A stretch of 40,055 nucleotides of DNA from the NCBI GenBank assembly GCA_000934665.2, contig JYFJ02003572.1, forward strand, positions 1 to 40,055, given 5' to 3'. Source of the DNA: Catajapyx aquilonaris. Its lineage: Eukaryota. A program made the position numbers and the translations under genes. Below are positions 11,830-25,000 of the stretch, piece after piece (within the stretch, counting starts at the first letter, position 1; each line of letters opens with the position of its first letter). The notes under the pieces were generated by a model. That model was not told the origin of the DNA, made no database searches, and saw only the letters and a list, made by a program, of their open reading frames with translations.

Positions 11830-14083
11830 TGGAAATATGGTCACAACACACGAATAATACTACGTGGTCTTGTATGGTAATGTATTAAAAATACGGATAC
11901 ATGGCCGCTAATATTGATTGACGAGACTTTCGGTCCGCTTTAATTGAAAACTAAGCTATCTGCTTTCTTACATGATCTTCAATAAACCTTAGGCCCATAT
12001 TAATTATTTTATTTCCAGTCACTGTCTGAAGTCTCTCGGTGGACATAAACGTAGAGCCCATAAGAAGCTTAAGAAACTATACACTGCAGGAAACAGTTTC
12101 ATAACAACAACAGGCGAAATGTCGATTGATGACCGTGGCCTACGAGCAACAACACATGTGCTTGCACACCCACTGAACTATATTATGACGTGATGTATTC
12201 TACTTTACAAAAAAAGGAAGGGCACGGCTGTTGAACATTGTTCTACCTGAACGGGGTATGCGGCAAACTGACCTTGTGACCTACTATGAGCATCTGAATG
12301 AATATACGGGCATTAATGGCCAAGACTTGAGATAACACGTGATGATAGCACACACGATACAACCCACTCTTTCTCAGATCGTTTCTCTTCATCAGGCATC
12401 GGACGTACGGTATAAAGGGAATAGCAGTGACCAGGGGGTTTGAAAAGGCCCACTGTCACCTGCTGGCCCGTTTTATGTCTCAGACCTGATAGGTTTGGTG
12501 CGATTTGCTTTCGGTTGTTCCTCTCAGGGATTGCCTGAAGAACACCTTGACGACGGATAAGTACTGTTGGGGGAAGAGCAATTAAATTGGAACGACGTGC
12601 AAACAAATCCTCTTTGGAAGGTAAACATTTCAAGCAAGAACTGACAAGATCGCAGGCTACTGTGTGCACAAATTGGAGCTATATACTCCACTTTGAATCT
12701 CATCATAGGTTCACAAAACCCTCTCATAACCAACTTGGCTGGAGTCGCGAGGTAGTTCTTGGCTACAGGAGAGAGTGAAAAAAGCGCGTTACGTATTTGT
12801 TTAGCACTTTCCAGTGCCTGCAACTTTACGCATATACTACGAGAGTGGTTTACATGATTTATTAAAGGGTTAAGTGCGATTTTTTTTGCGAGCTAGTGGA
12901 ATATTTTGAGCCGGCTGGATAGGGCCCCAAAGTGGCCATTGTTTAGCTAACTAGTGAACAGCAATAATCCATGATCATTGCTTCCGATCTGGGCACAAGT
13001 CCAATTAAGGCCGTATAATTACATCGAGGGCTTGCGTTTCCCCCCCAACTGTTTTCCTAAATCGGCCACCAAGGGACGACCAGTTGGCAGCCATTCTGCA
13101 CTGCACAAACTGCCGTTCATTACACACTGATACTTGACTCCAGTGTCACGATGAACGCGCGCTGGAACCCACCTTGCTGCAGGCTTTCAAACGCACCCGC
13201 CGGAGCGTGCAAGGACCAATGGGCGAAACGGAAGGCGTGATTTCCCACGGTATGATATGAGAGATGGTGGGAGTCAAGATTGACCGCGCGTAATCCGTAT
13301 CGTCCCTCATATACTGTTAGCTCCCCGGGTGTTTGCTTTAGAACTCGTTCAGCAGGCCGGGAATGAGCGTGGAAGTTTTCCGCGGTAGTCAATGCCGTAA
13401 TATTGCGGGCCTACAGCAAGCAGGGTCAGTGGCTTCTGCCAAATATTCCTTTCTGTCAAGCTGCCAGAATCAGCCCGTCTGCTGACTATACGCTCATCTT
13501 GCGACACAGGTTATTTTTCACGCGTTAATTACCTAACTATAGGCTCACGTCTACTATGGCTCGCAAGCGTGACCCTGACGTCCATTTGCCGAATCTGTAC
13601 GTTCGTATGGGGGCACTAGACAATAGGCTATAATAACTCGTGCTGAATATGGAATGACTGCTGATACTGTACCGGGTGCTGAAGGTGTGTGTTGCGATGA
13701 CGTAAATTGCGACATTTGGCCTGTTACTATACGTGTCCGTGGGATTGATGAGACCGGAAACAGGCACGGATACTGTCACACCTTTGGCACACATATTTGC
13801 CGATACATTTTTTTTGTGCGAAATGTGCAGAAAATGTAGTCTCTATGGAAGTTGTGGGTTGGGATGAGCTCTATAATTATGTTGAATGCATGGCCTTTAT
13901 ATGAACCTTGTGCGGTTGCATGAATATTAAACCAAGGCTGGAGGACGCGCACAGATAGTGTGAATGCAGCCTGACACTATACTGAATTATGCCGTTACCT
14001 GTATTCATAATTCAAAGGAGAATCTGTTGATTGTCAGTCGTATGTTATTTTGGCAGTCGTAAAGTTCATGTCTGGGAGTAGTA

Positions 14084-14277
14084 TACAGGGTGATTCAGCT
14101 TACAGTGTGTCCGTTTGTCTCTCAGAAGCTGCTTTTCATGACACATGGCAGATGCACTTTCATTTGAATCATTTTGTTTTTGAAGCTTAAATTATCATTT
14201 ATTATAGCAACTTTATATCACGCTGAATTTCCCAAAGGTGTAATAATAAGTTTTTTGTTGTTGCGAACCACCCTGTT
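14084..14277. mobile_element. Short decayed Tc1/mariner-type MITE
   Basis: Left TACAGGGTGATTC, right GAACCACCCTG (rev-comp CAGGGTGGTTC). About 190 bp of AT-rich interior. Confidence 0.5.
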
Positions 14278-15981
14278 CATACAGTTAGTTCGGACAGGGA
14301 ATACGAAAATATAGGAGCTCGTTAAGCGCCACAAAGTGGAAATGTTCATTTTTTGTAGGCCAACACGGGAGATTGAAGAGTCCGACGTACTGTTTTACGA
14401 TCGGGCCCCAAGCCACCCATCGCAGCGTGGCCCGGATATAAGATCGTATGTTTTCCTTTAGGAGCTAGAAAGGTCACAAATCATAAATCTGCCCTGCCTT
14501 GAATACGTGCTAGTCTCCCAGGGGTCAGAAACTGACAACCTGCAGGATAGGTCCATTTATTATAGAATCATAGCGCAACCTAGATGCGACACCACTGTCA
14601 TCGATTTGATCCACTGGCAGTCCAAGCAAAGGTGACGTCATTATTGGGCTGCCTTAAACATTGTTCGCACCGCAACTGTGGTTTCAAACCAAAAAACCTG
14701 GCATTTGCAGCAGGCAAACAAGAACCCCCGATATAAAACCCGGTCTTTATTACTATTCTATATGCGTCAAGCTCGTATTTTCCTTGCCCCTGCACTTGAT
14801 GGTGCACTTTATTTCCGTGTTGAATCCAGCTCCGAAAAAGGGAAATGGGACATTGCTCTTTTTCTTTCTTTCTTTCTTTCTTTGCTTCTTCGGGGTTCTT
14901 TTCCTGCTCCAGAGTCAGATGGAAAGAGGACAGGCATCCCTCCATCCCTTTTGGCCTACACTACTACACAGCTTCTCGCGTCTAGCTCTTCCGCTGACTT
15001 TTACGGCAGCTCGAAATGAATCAAACCACGACTTGCTTTCCCTACGTGATGTTGGCCTCAGATCGAACTCTCAAGACTGGTTTCAACTAGGGTTTTTTTT
15101 CCGTAGGTGGAAGGTTTTTTTTTGGCTCTTTTCTCCCGTCTCCTTTGCTCCAGTAGTAGTTACGTCTGACTTAAACGGTTTTGTCATAAGTACACCGTAG
15201 ACTTGTTATCAAAGGTGGATACCATGTCATATTATTGCATAACTTAGCAGCTCTTTAGGCTCTGTCACTTGAGTTGGATGATGTAATGCCATGTAGGCTG
15301 TATTACCTCTGCGAATTAATAAAATTTTTTAAAATTTAAAATTTTTAAATACCATTAAATTTAACAATACAGTGGTTACGAAATTGTAGCATGAATTTCT
15401 GATTGACTCTAGTCACAGGAATAGACATATATTTACCAATTTTGCAGTCAAAACAATCGTTATCTAACCTTTATAACCTAATCTATGTGCAGACTTACCC
15501 ACATAGATACTGTTGGTCTTGAATAATATTTTAAAAAATTGCCTGATACGCGGCAGTTTTTTTTTAAACCCACGTATACGCACGTGGTACCCACACATAT
15601 ACACACTGTAAGTAAAGATATTAATGACCTTACCACGTACGAGAAAGCACTCGATTACAAATCAGCACTCTTGAAACTTAATGAACCTGTTTACAACGTG
15701 GCAGTAGGTCAAGTGCAAGGAAAGCGCAAGCATGGGCTGTCGATCGACTGTAAATAACCTGCAGGAAAATAAGGACGAAGGAAGAAGAAGAAAGAAAAAA
15801 AAAACACCCTCCATCTAGGAATGATTTCTAACGCTCTGCAGAAACGATTTCGTGTTTTCTCCCGTTTGTCGTAAAACTCGATTCTGAAACCTGTTCTCCC
15901 CATTGCCTTTCAGACTGACTTTCCGTATTCGATCTCGGCCGGTAATTTATCTCTCATGTTCCTTTGCTGGCATCAGAGGTA

Positions 15982-16036
15982 GGAACGGAAGGAAGGGAAG
16001 GAAGGAAGGGAACTAAGAGGAAGAAGGAAAAAAAAA
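15982..16036. repeat. Imperfect (GGAA)n polypurine tract
   Basis: GGAACGGAAGGAAGGGAAGGAAGGAAGGGAA...GGAAGAAGGAAAAAAAAA read directly. Confidence 0.85.
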
Positions 16037-19000
16037 GCGTGATGCACTTGGGCAGAATTGTCGCTGGAAGCTTTCTCGTTCAGTAGAGACGGTCCAAGTG
16101 ATTCAGTGGGCGTGCCAGCCTGAATTGAAAATAACCGGCTCTTGGGCGGAGATAAACGGCACTGCTTGTAGCCACCACCCTCGCTGTTATTACCGGATAA
16201 AAATTTGATCCGGTAGAATCGATGTTTAACTAGGAGCGTGGTTGGCGATTAGGAGGAAAAAGAGGCCGACGCATCATATATACATGCTATATAAGCTCTA
16301 TCAGAGCCGCCAAAGAATGTGATACCCAGAATACCGAGGGCCAACTCGCATTATTAATATCCCAACCTCGGATGAAAACGGTCGTAGGTATTCATAGGAA
16401 GAGGGTTCGATTCAGAAAGCAAGTTCAAGAGGGAGCGTTCGTAATTTTAGGAAGGCCGGACCCCTCTTACCATTCCCTTAATTCTCTGAATAATATTATG
16501 GGAAGCCCGGTTGGCTTTTGGCCTCCAACTCTACCGCCATTGTTTGGGCAACAAACGGGAGTGGTGCCCAATTAGCACGCTTGTAATGAGCATCTGTATA
16601 TGTAATTGCCATCTGAGAAGTTATGGAGAGTGTGCACGCGCATGTCGTTTGAGAAGAGTAGGGGGTTGATAGATTCAGGATCAAGGCCTTGGGAGTGGGT
16701 TACGAGTAGTCGTTGCGGTTATGGTGAATTATTGAGTCGGTGTGATCAAGCGTGTGAAGCACATGAGGGTCATTCTATGCCAACTAGGGCTCGATCGCTT
16801 AAAAATTTCAGTGCGAAAGTCACGGGCTAATTGATTGCTAAATTAAGGACATTAAAGCTTTTTCTTGTCAGCTAATCGTGAAGATAAGCTTAGATGGGTG
16901 TAACAAAATTTGGCTATTCAAAAATGAATATACAAACAAGGAAGCTGAGTGAGTCAGCAGATCTTGAAGGTTTCATGCCAGAAAGTGATACTCTGTTAAT
17001 GGAGTTGAGCTGCTGATATATTCACAACGTCAATATCGCATTGAAATAAGGGGCGGGCCGAAAATATGACGCTACAGAAGTGTTGACACCTCACCCACTC
17101 GCTCCTGGTATAACGACAGGTGCGAACCCAAGTTCCAAATGTAGGTAAACTAGAAAGAAATGTATAGAAGGTCAGATGACTATTTTTACCGTCTGGCTTA
17201 GCTTCAAGAGCAGCCAATATTCTACAGCCAAGTTTCCCTACAAGAAGTGAAAACTATACCCCTCCTCCTCCCCTCTTACCCCCAGTCCTTCCCACCTCCG
17301 TCAGACGATTATGCTCGCATCTTCACCACCAACGTAATGGTACAGTGCGAAAGTCCAGCAAAGCATGCATGGCCCAGAGTCGTTGACTTTCAAACGACAC
17401 TCCTTCCCACCCCACCTCTCCTGCCATCCTCTCCGTTAGTTCCTCATTTCCTCCCAACTATTCTGAGAGAAAAGAGAGCCCGAAATTGTCCAGGGCTAGA
17501 GCAGAGTTTGTGGGTAATCCTTTGAGCACGCCACAAGCGCGATGGGAATTTGGAAGGTGGCCACTAAACCTTGTTCCAGGGAAGGACGGACGGTGTGCGT
17601 TGCACGCTCCTTGCTTCGTTCACTTTGTTCCTTCCTTCCGCACTTCTTCCGCCTACTATAGCTATATGTTGTGAAAATACTATCTGTCTAAAAAAAAGTG
17701 GGCCAAAAATATCCTGGGGGTATGCAACCATCAGCACAGCTCCCAAAATGATGTTTATGGTTGGGGACCCTGCCAGATACGTGTGGTTCATTTTTTTGGC
17801 AGATATGCAGAAAGGATCGGTTTTTGCAGTAGTTATTCTTCTAATATTTTTTAGCTCTGTGAGTGCTGCTTTAAAGACTGCGGAGCCTGCCCAATGTGGC
17901 AAAAACCCAAATTGTCGTTTTCAGCATTGCAGTGAATTTATTCTTCTGGCATTTGAACTCAGCATTTGGCATGATAATACATGTTCATATTTTATCTGGG
18001 TTTACAGTAAGTTCTGAGCTGGAAAAAATGGGCCCTCCAGGTGAAAAATAGCTGTGTCACTGTTATTCAAACTTTATTATTTAGCTTCAAATCACTGCAT
18101 TGCTTCGGTATATTACGCTTGTCCTCAGGTATGGTCACGCAGGTACGGTATTACAAGTTTACAACGTGAAGAATGTTCGTATTTATTTGAACAACGGGGG
18201 GTTCTCTCCGGCTGCATCACGTAAACTGTAGGGTGGGCGTCAGGTCACCAATTTTCCCACCATCCCTGTTTAAATGCAAATGAGACGTGGTGTGTCAGTC
18301 CTGGAGGGCAGGGAGCCGAATCAGAGCGAGATGACATACGTTCATGCATTTTCGCCGCCAGCTTTTGCGGGCTTCGAAATTAGGCGAACACACGCTACCG
18401 CACACACAGACCTGGCCTCCACATCGCTAACCTATCACAACTTACGCAAGGCTCCCAATATCGCGTACCGGCTTCAGAATCGGACTGTAAATACAGATAG
18501 GTAATCCATTGTCCTGCGCAACAAAAGCCACAGGTTTTCAGGTTGTCAAAGCGTGAAACGTTCGTTCAACTTCGCCCATTTCGACCACTTTTTTTTTTTG
18601 CGGATTCTCTATTTTCCGGTGCCAGAATGAACTATGTCTCGTACTTTTTTTTTCCTGAGATTTATGTGGCGGAGTTGGCTAAATCCGAGGTGGGAGGTGG
18701 AATAAATGGAGAGGGTAAAAGGACAGGCGACAGCACTTTTCATAGCACACGCTTGCACTTCTATAGTTACGGACCGAACTGCTCGAATAACTCGCCCATA
18801 TGCTTCTTGACCTGGGCACGAGCAATTCCCATGCTTCAAGCAACACGGGATTAGAAAAGTGCTTGCAACGATGAAATATACCGGCTGAGCGAAAATCAAG
18901 AAGTCGTGCATTCAGCGATATCTAAGGGGAAAGTCTGCCCTTGAACCTGTCTCGATTAGGTCAGCTGATGTCGGGTGGAGATGATATTTTCTGACAATGA

Positions 19001-21447
19001 TTCTTATGGCGCTTGGAGATATGAAATATAGACCTGGAAGGAACGGACATTAAATCCGGTGTACGTGCGTAGTATAAGCTATAAGGAGTGGGTTGTCCTT
19101 GGCCTCTCTAAGGAACATGAGATATGAGGATAATATTATAATCAAAAAGGTACTGTACATATGAACCAGTTGATATCATAAATGATGTCCGGGCAGATAA
19201 TTAGGGTCATTATCATTTTTTATGATATTAATATAAATGTGATATGGCGTGTGATATCAGGCGTGTTGATGAAGGTAACTCAAATAACCCCTTATCATAA
19301 ACACTTGCACACACATATTCATTACATGATTTATATGAACCAAATATTGTGACAATTACAGTTAGGCTATAATTTTTCTAACAAAATTAATCATTGAATG
19401 ATCTGGCAGTCATAAAAATGGCATGTTTAAATTAATATAAATGCAATGCGAGAATATAATGTGAATTCGGGGCATCACGTGAAGAGTCAGTTACTGCCCT
19501 TGACCTTTCTTCAGATAAGCACATATTCCTCAGCGATCCTTGGTCCAGATAGCATTTTCCCACAACAATGAAACACATCCTTCGAGTTGAGAATAATGTA
19601 CTGTATTTTACAGCGTCATGCCACTCAGACCCTGTTTTCCAATGCGCACAAAAACAATCGAAATGACTGCGTTGATGACCTCCAAAGAGCACAAAACAAT
19701 ATCAAAAAACTGCATAAAATGACCCAGGTTGCGGGGTTTCCTTCATTTTTCGGCCATCTTTGCAATACATTTATTATGCACGTAGGATAGTACCGTTTAC
19801 AACAAAAGAATTTTGGTACCCAAGTTCGAATAGATTCAAACGTGACCCCGTTCACAAGAATACGGAACACTTCCGGTATTCAGTTTTATTGTCCTGGTTG
19901 AATTGGTGAACTGCCAGGAAAGAGAGTAAAAAAAAAAACACGTACCCGGTCTTACTGGGAGGAAAATTGGAAACTAGTCGTTGCGAAATGATTGTCGTGA
20001 CCTTGCCCACTGATGTCTCTCGTCTGCATCCTAGCGGAAATAGTAGGTTGGTCTTTCCTCGCAGGCCGAACACATAACTCGGTTACATCAGAAGGAGGGA
20101 TCGACCGAAAAAACAAAATAACTGTTCTACCGGAATTTTTGCACATGGAAATATTCCAAATCTGGCAGGCTATTCTACAGGGGAATAACGTGCATACTTT
20201 CAAGGACATAGACGCGAAAATGTTTTGAAAATACGTGGACGTACTAGGACAAATTGTTCGCTGGTCGAGCTTCGGTGACATAAAAATAGAGCTAGCTTTT
20301 TGCTACATCATTCATCATCACTTAGTATGGAAAAAAACTGTAGGTCTATAAGGGGAAAAAAGGTGAATATATTCTGTATGTAACTTGGTGTGTTTAAACA
20401 GAAACGATATGTTCATGAATAGTAACAAGATATTTAAAAATAAATGGCTTGGAATATTTAAAACAAAATGAAAGTATACTGTACACGAATAAAGCATAAA
20501 ACAAACAGTAATACCTGCATGAAAATTTTGACGGAATTTCTGCTTTTTCCTCATATAAACTGTGTTAATGAGGACTGACCCATGATGTGGCAAACGGCTT
20601 TTGATATTTTGTGATGGGTCAGGTTGGCTCACGAGCTACGAGTGATTAATTCGTCAGACGCGACCGGAAATTTACGGATCATGAAATCAAGGCTGCTTAT
20701 CAATCGTAGTGCCTGATTAAAATGTAATTTATATTCTTTTCTGCCGACCTCAATTAACCGATAACCCATGTTTCCCTCGATTTAGCCTGTGAAATCTGCC
20801 ACAGGGAAAAACAAGTGGAACATTTGACTGAATCAAAGCGTCACTATGATCGTGTTAAGTGGATTTAAATAAATTATCAGTGACACTACGGGCACAATGA
20901 CCCCTTTCTCCCCGCCCCCCATCTATTTTTTAATAATTCGCGCTCTTCCCTGCACTGTTGCCATATTGTCCTCTACTCTAGTGGCTACTCCCAGCACATG
21001 CACTCAGTTCAACAATAGCAATTATGTTTCCAGCTAGTTTAATTTGTAGCAGGAAGCTGCCAGGCTCTTTTCATGCACTTCGCATTGAAACAAACAAGTA
21101 CCGAGCGCGGCATGTGCGCCAGAGCAATTTCGGCTGGCAATGCCTCTTTTCAAGCGCTGCAGTTATGCATCTGCATATGCGGTAATAAGTAGCAATGGGG
21201 CAGGACCAGTCGAATCTCGCAGAGCTTTTCAAATGGAAAGTACAGGCCGACGTCAGCGTAGCTTAAATGGATAGCGAGATATAAAGCAACGTACAATGGT
21301 GGAACGAATGAAAACGTGAAAAGAGGCACTGTGAATTTTTAAACAATATATTGCATTTTCCTTCTTCATAAGTGTTACCTGCTTAAACGCTATCTTTACA
21401 CAGCTGCTGTCCAACTCCATCTATTGACAAACTCCCTGAAGTTCTGA

Positions 21448-22031
21448 CAAGGGAAGGTCACGGGGTGATAATGACGGATCTTGATGAAATTTAACATGCT
21501 AATACAGGACAATATATGATACCCAAAAATGAAATATTTCGTGCGGAGGCCCATATTTGCAAAAGTTATGACGTCTTAAAGTTCCAAAAATAATACATTT
21601 TCATTCATAATGGGATTACATTAGCGACCACATATAATGACATTGAAGTGTGTAATCAGTTTCTACACTTTTTCTCATAGGAAAAAAGTCCTACAGAACG
21701 GCTCTGTCCGTCCGTCCGTCTGTGGACAGGTATCGAGGCCTAAACCGTAAGAGATACAGAGCCGTCATGTAGGACTTTTTTCCGACGAGACAAAGTGTAG
21801 AAACTGATTACACACTTCAATGTGGTCTTATATGTGGTCGCTAATGTAATCCCATTATGAACTCAATGAAAATGTTTTTTTGGAACTTTAAGACGTCATA
21901 ACTTTTGCAAATATGGGCCTCCGCACGAAATATTTCATTTTTGGGTATCATATATTGTCCTGTATTAGCATGTTAAATTTCATCAAGATCCGTCATTATC
22001 ACCCTGTGACCCGAGCTGTGACCTTCCCTTG
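21448..22031. mobile_element. Young fold-back MITE (~585 bp) with ~260-bp inverted arms and a 3-bp TGA TSD (possibly PIF/Harbinger-like)
   Basis: Termini CAAGGGAAGGTCAC ... GTGACCTTCCCTTG, with TGA immediately outside both ends (21445-21447, 22032-22034). Arm 21448-21707 is a near-perfect reverse complement of 21756-22031. The 48-bp spacer contains (TCCG)n. The superfamily call rests only on the 3-bp TNA TSD. Confidence 0.92.
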
Positions 22032-25000
22032 TGAGTACCACTTGAGTCCGAATTGTCTCTGGAAAATAACTGCTTAACATAAGCAGCTAAATTCGAAAAT
22101 TATCTATATTATTTGAAGATCTCTGCAGGTAGTCAACACATGATTAATCCTGTGGTCAATATTTTTTTTACAAGATGCGAACAAGTGCCTTGATCTTAAT
22201 AACCACGACCTCAGGTAGCGTGTCTCGAATTCTGCAAGTGGGGACACATCCTGCTGGGAGAGAAATCAGCTTACCAAGCCAATGTTTACTGATAAAAAAA
22301 GCCTATAAGTTATAACAAAGGAACCAAGTGAATGAACAAGCAACAGAGAAGCCACAGGCTAGTGATTGCGGTGATGCATAAGAGACAAGTTTGACACGGA
22401 CACGCAGCATCCGGCAGCTAAAATGACAGGCGTTAATCAGCCTGTTGGTGCATGAGTCCAGGCGAGATAAACTCTTTTTTCCCCTCCCACCCCTATTCGT
22501 GCACAAGTTTTTGACCAGCACAAAAGTAGCCAGAGGCCAAAGTTTAGAGGTGCATTCAACCGATGAAGGGCACTATCGGACAGGCCATGGCTTGATAACC
22601 AACCCCTCCTCTACCCCCATGCAATATACCATTCTTGCATGCAACCAGTAATTTCGCGCAATTGACACGATGGAGCGAAATTTTGCAAAATTGGCGTTTA
22701 ATTGCGTTATCTGAGCTGCCACGTGCTTTGGGAACATCCCAGTGTCGGAGGTCAAACATTAGTCCGGGATCATGAGAAATATAGGCACGTGGGCTGATTT
22801 TTTTTTTGCAAATCTACCCAGCAGTTAAAAATATTATTTGCAATAACAAGGCTTGTGCTCTAATGAAGTTAGAGGGTGTTTTTATAGCAATCCCCGCATA
22901 AATCGTAAGCAATTTGATTCAAGGGGAGGGGGTGCAAAAGGCCGTTGGCTATAGGCGAGGAATAAAACATTAATCCCATATTTTCGCTACGCTGCAAGCC
23001 CTCCCAGCACTGATTATCATATCAGCTAATGTGTGCAAAAGTCGGGGCACGTTTTGTGAAAAGCAAGCAAAAATCGCGACCAATTCAAGTCGCGTAGGTC
23101 GAAAGTTCAGTTACCCGCGAAACGCGAATCTTTGCTAACTCCCAGTTGAAAAGAGTCAGTTTTATCCAAATGTGTGCTATTTTTTGCATCTAGAATATGT
23201 GCTTTTATCATTGATTTTTTTCGGATTTTTTTAAATAATGAACGGCCCACATTTTTTCTGTTCGATAACATGTTTTATTTAGCAACCATCCTGCTATTGT
23301 AAGCAGTCTCACAAAAAAATGGTACTATTCAGGAGATTCGCGCTCTAGTTTTCTGAATGACGGAAATCGAAAGGTCCTATCCGCCTTCCCGAATTGAATT
23401 GGGTGTAGTCGAGGTGGCAGGATAGTGTCAAGTGAGCGGAATTAATTGAGCGAACTGGATCACAAAGAAAGTGCAAAGCGGTGATGAGATTGGTGTAGCT
23501 GAAGGAGTCAACCCTGATCCTTGCAGCACACTCTTTTCTTATCTTCCTTTTCTTATGGAGGAGGAGGAGGAGGGCCTAACAAAATTGCAAGGTACAGGAA
23601 GGAATGTGGAATATAAAAAAAACAGAGAGGACGGGGTGAAAAGAACTGGGGCAGGCATCGATTTTTGTCTTACATATTAATTTTTCACGGCCAACTTGGA
23701 AATGTCCGGACGGTCCTTGAGTCGCAAGAGGAGGATGCGATGTCGTAATGGAGGTGAAAATTGGTTTCACGGCCGCTTGAAACTGGATAGGTGAAAATTG
23801 CGCACTAAAAGAGTGCAATATTCTGATAACTAGGAGTGATTTTTTAAGGGTAAAATACTGATATGATCATTCAAATAAGATTGTAAAAAATAGTGCGCAA
23901 TGACAAAATTCAATGTCAACATGAATGATTAAGCGATAAATAAAAAAACGCTCTTATTTTTAGTGCAGCTTACTAATATGCTTGTTTTGTAATGTCATTT
24001 CAAGTGATAAAAAGACGCATTTCATATAATGTTAAAGCAGCTATTTTGTGAAAGAAAATTTGACATTTTCAGAAAAGTTGTTAACTTTCGCTCTTATCAG
24101 TCATTAGTTTTCAGTACACACATGGAGTTTAATGTGTATATGCATGATTTTACTGAGATTACCACAGTGTAGAAGCACAGTTTTATACAACAGTAATTAT
24201 GTGAAGTGTGCGTGCACCATATCTTGTTAGCACGTGCTAAATAGAATGGTTTTCAAGGGCTATTTGAATAAATACTGTTATTTTTTTTGCAATTTACACA
24301 GTTACAGTTACTGGTTGAAAAATGAGCCAGGAAAGTAATGAAGCTTTAGAAAAACCGCACTTTATAGCCTACAACACAGTCAAAATGAGGATTAATAAAA
24401 GCTACTAGTTAATTGTCATGTCGCACTAGAATATGTTCATAACTATAAACGCTAGTTTGCAAGCATTGTTTGAAACTCTATATATAGCCTTATTCCTGCC
24501 GAGCGAGTCAAAATAAATTCGGGCAGTGGGACTACGGCACTTACCTCAGATATGATCAACTTAATTCCCTACTTATTCCTGACATTTCATCGTGCAACTG
24601 TAAAAGGTGGGATTACAGGCAGTAGCTGTCAACCAAAGGAGAAGGAAAACAATTTTCACTGACGTGACTCACGGCAATAATAATATTACAACTGTAATAA
24701 GGGCCCCCTCTCCTCTTCTGACTTCTTGATAAATGCAGAGTGACTCTTGCAGACACGCAGAAATGCATAGTAGTTCTCGGAAGCGACCCGTTTCCTTAAC
24801 TTTCACTAATATTTGGCTGTACACTTCATTTTAGCCTATTAAAACGACATACCTTGTCTCTCCTGTGTTCATGCACTGAAATAATTAATCCCCGTTGTAA
24901 CCAGGTCGAGGCGGGAACATTCTGGATTAATAAGACAATTTTGGAGTATCAATATCCAGTGGTTTACAACCCTCTCTCCCTTTTCGAAAAGGTCGTATAC

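Noticed and set aside
12862..12873. AAAGGGTTAA piggyBac-like right end; also unpaired CAGGGTG-type ends at ~8170, ~25760, ~39908
   Set aside because: No matching opposite terminus found.
14661..15200. 179-aa hydrophobic ORF (and similar ORFs at 17571-18017, 29462-29890, 37052-37492)
   Set aside because: Non-ATG starts, Phe/Leu/Lys content driven by homopolymer tracts, no recognisable motif or codon bias.
22800..23040. Very degenerate inverted repeat (TTTTGCA...GGCTTG / CAAGCC...TGCAAAA)
   Set aside because: Similarity is too patchy to distinguish from chance by eye.
24608..24620. TGGGATTACAGGC, an Alu-like 13-mer
   Set aside because: No flanking Alu sequence; a chance match, not human contamination.
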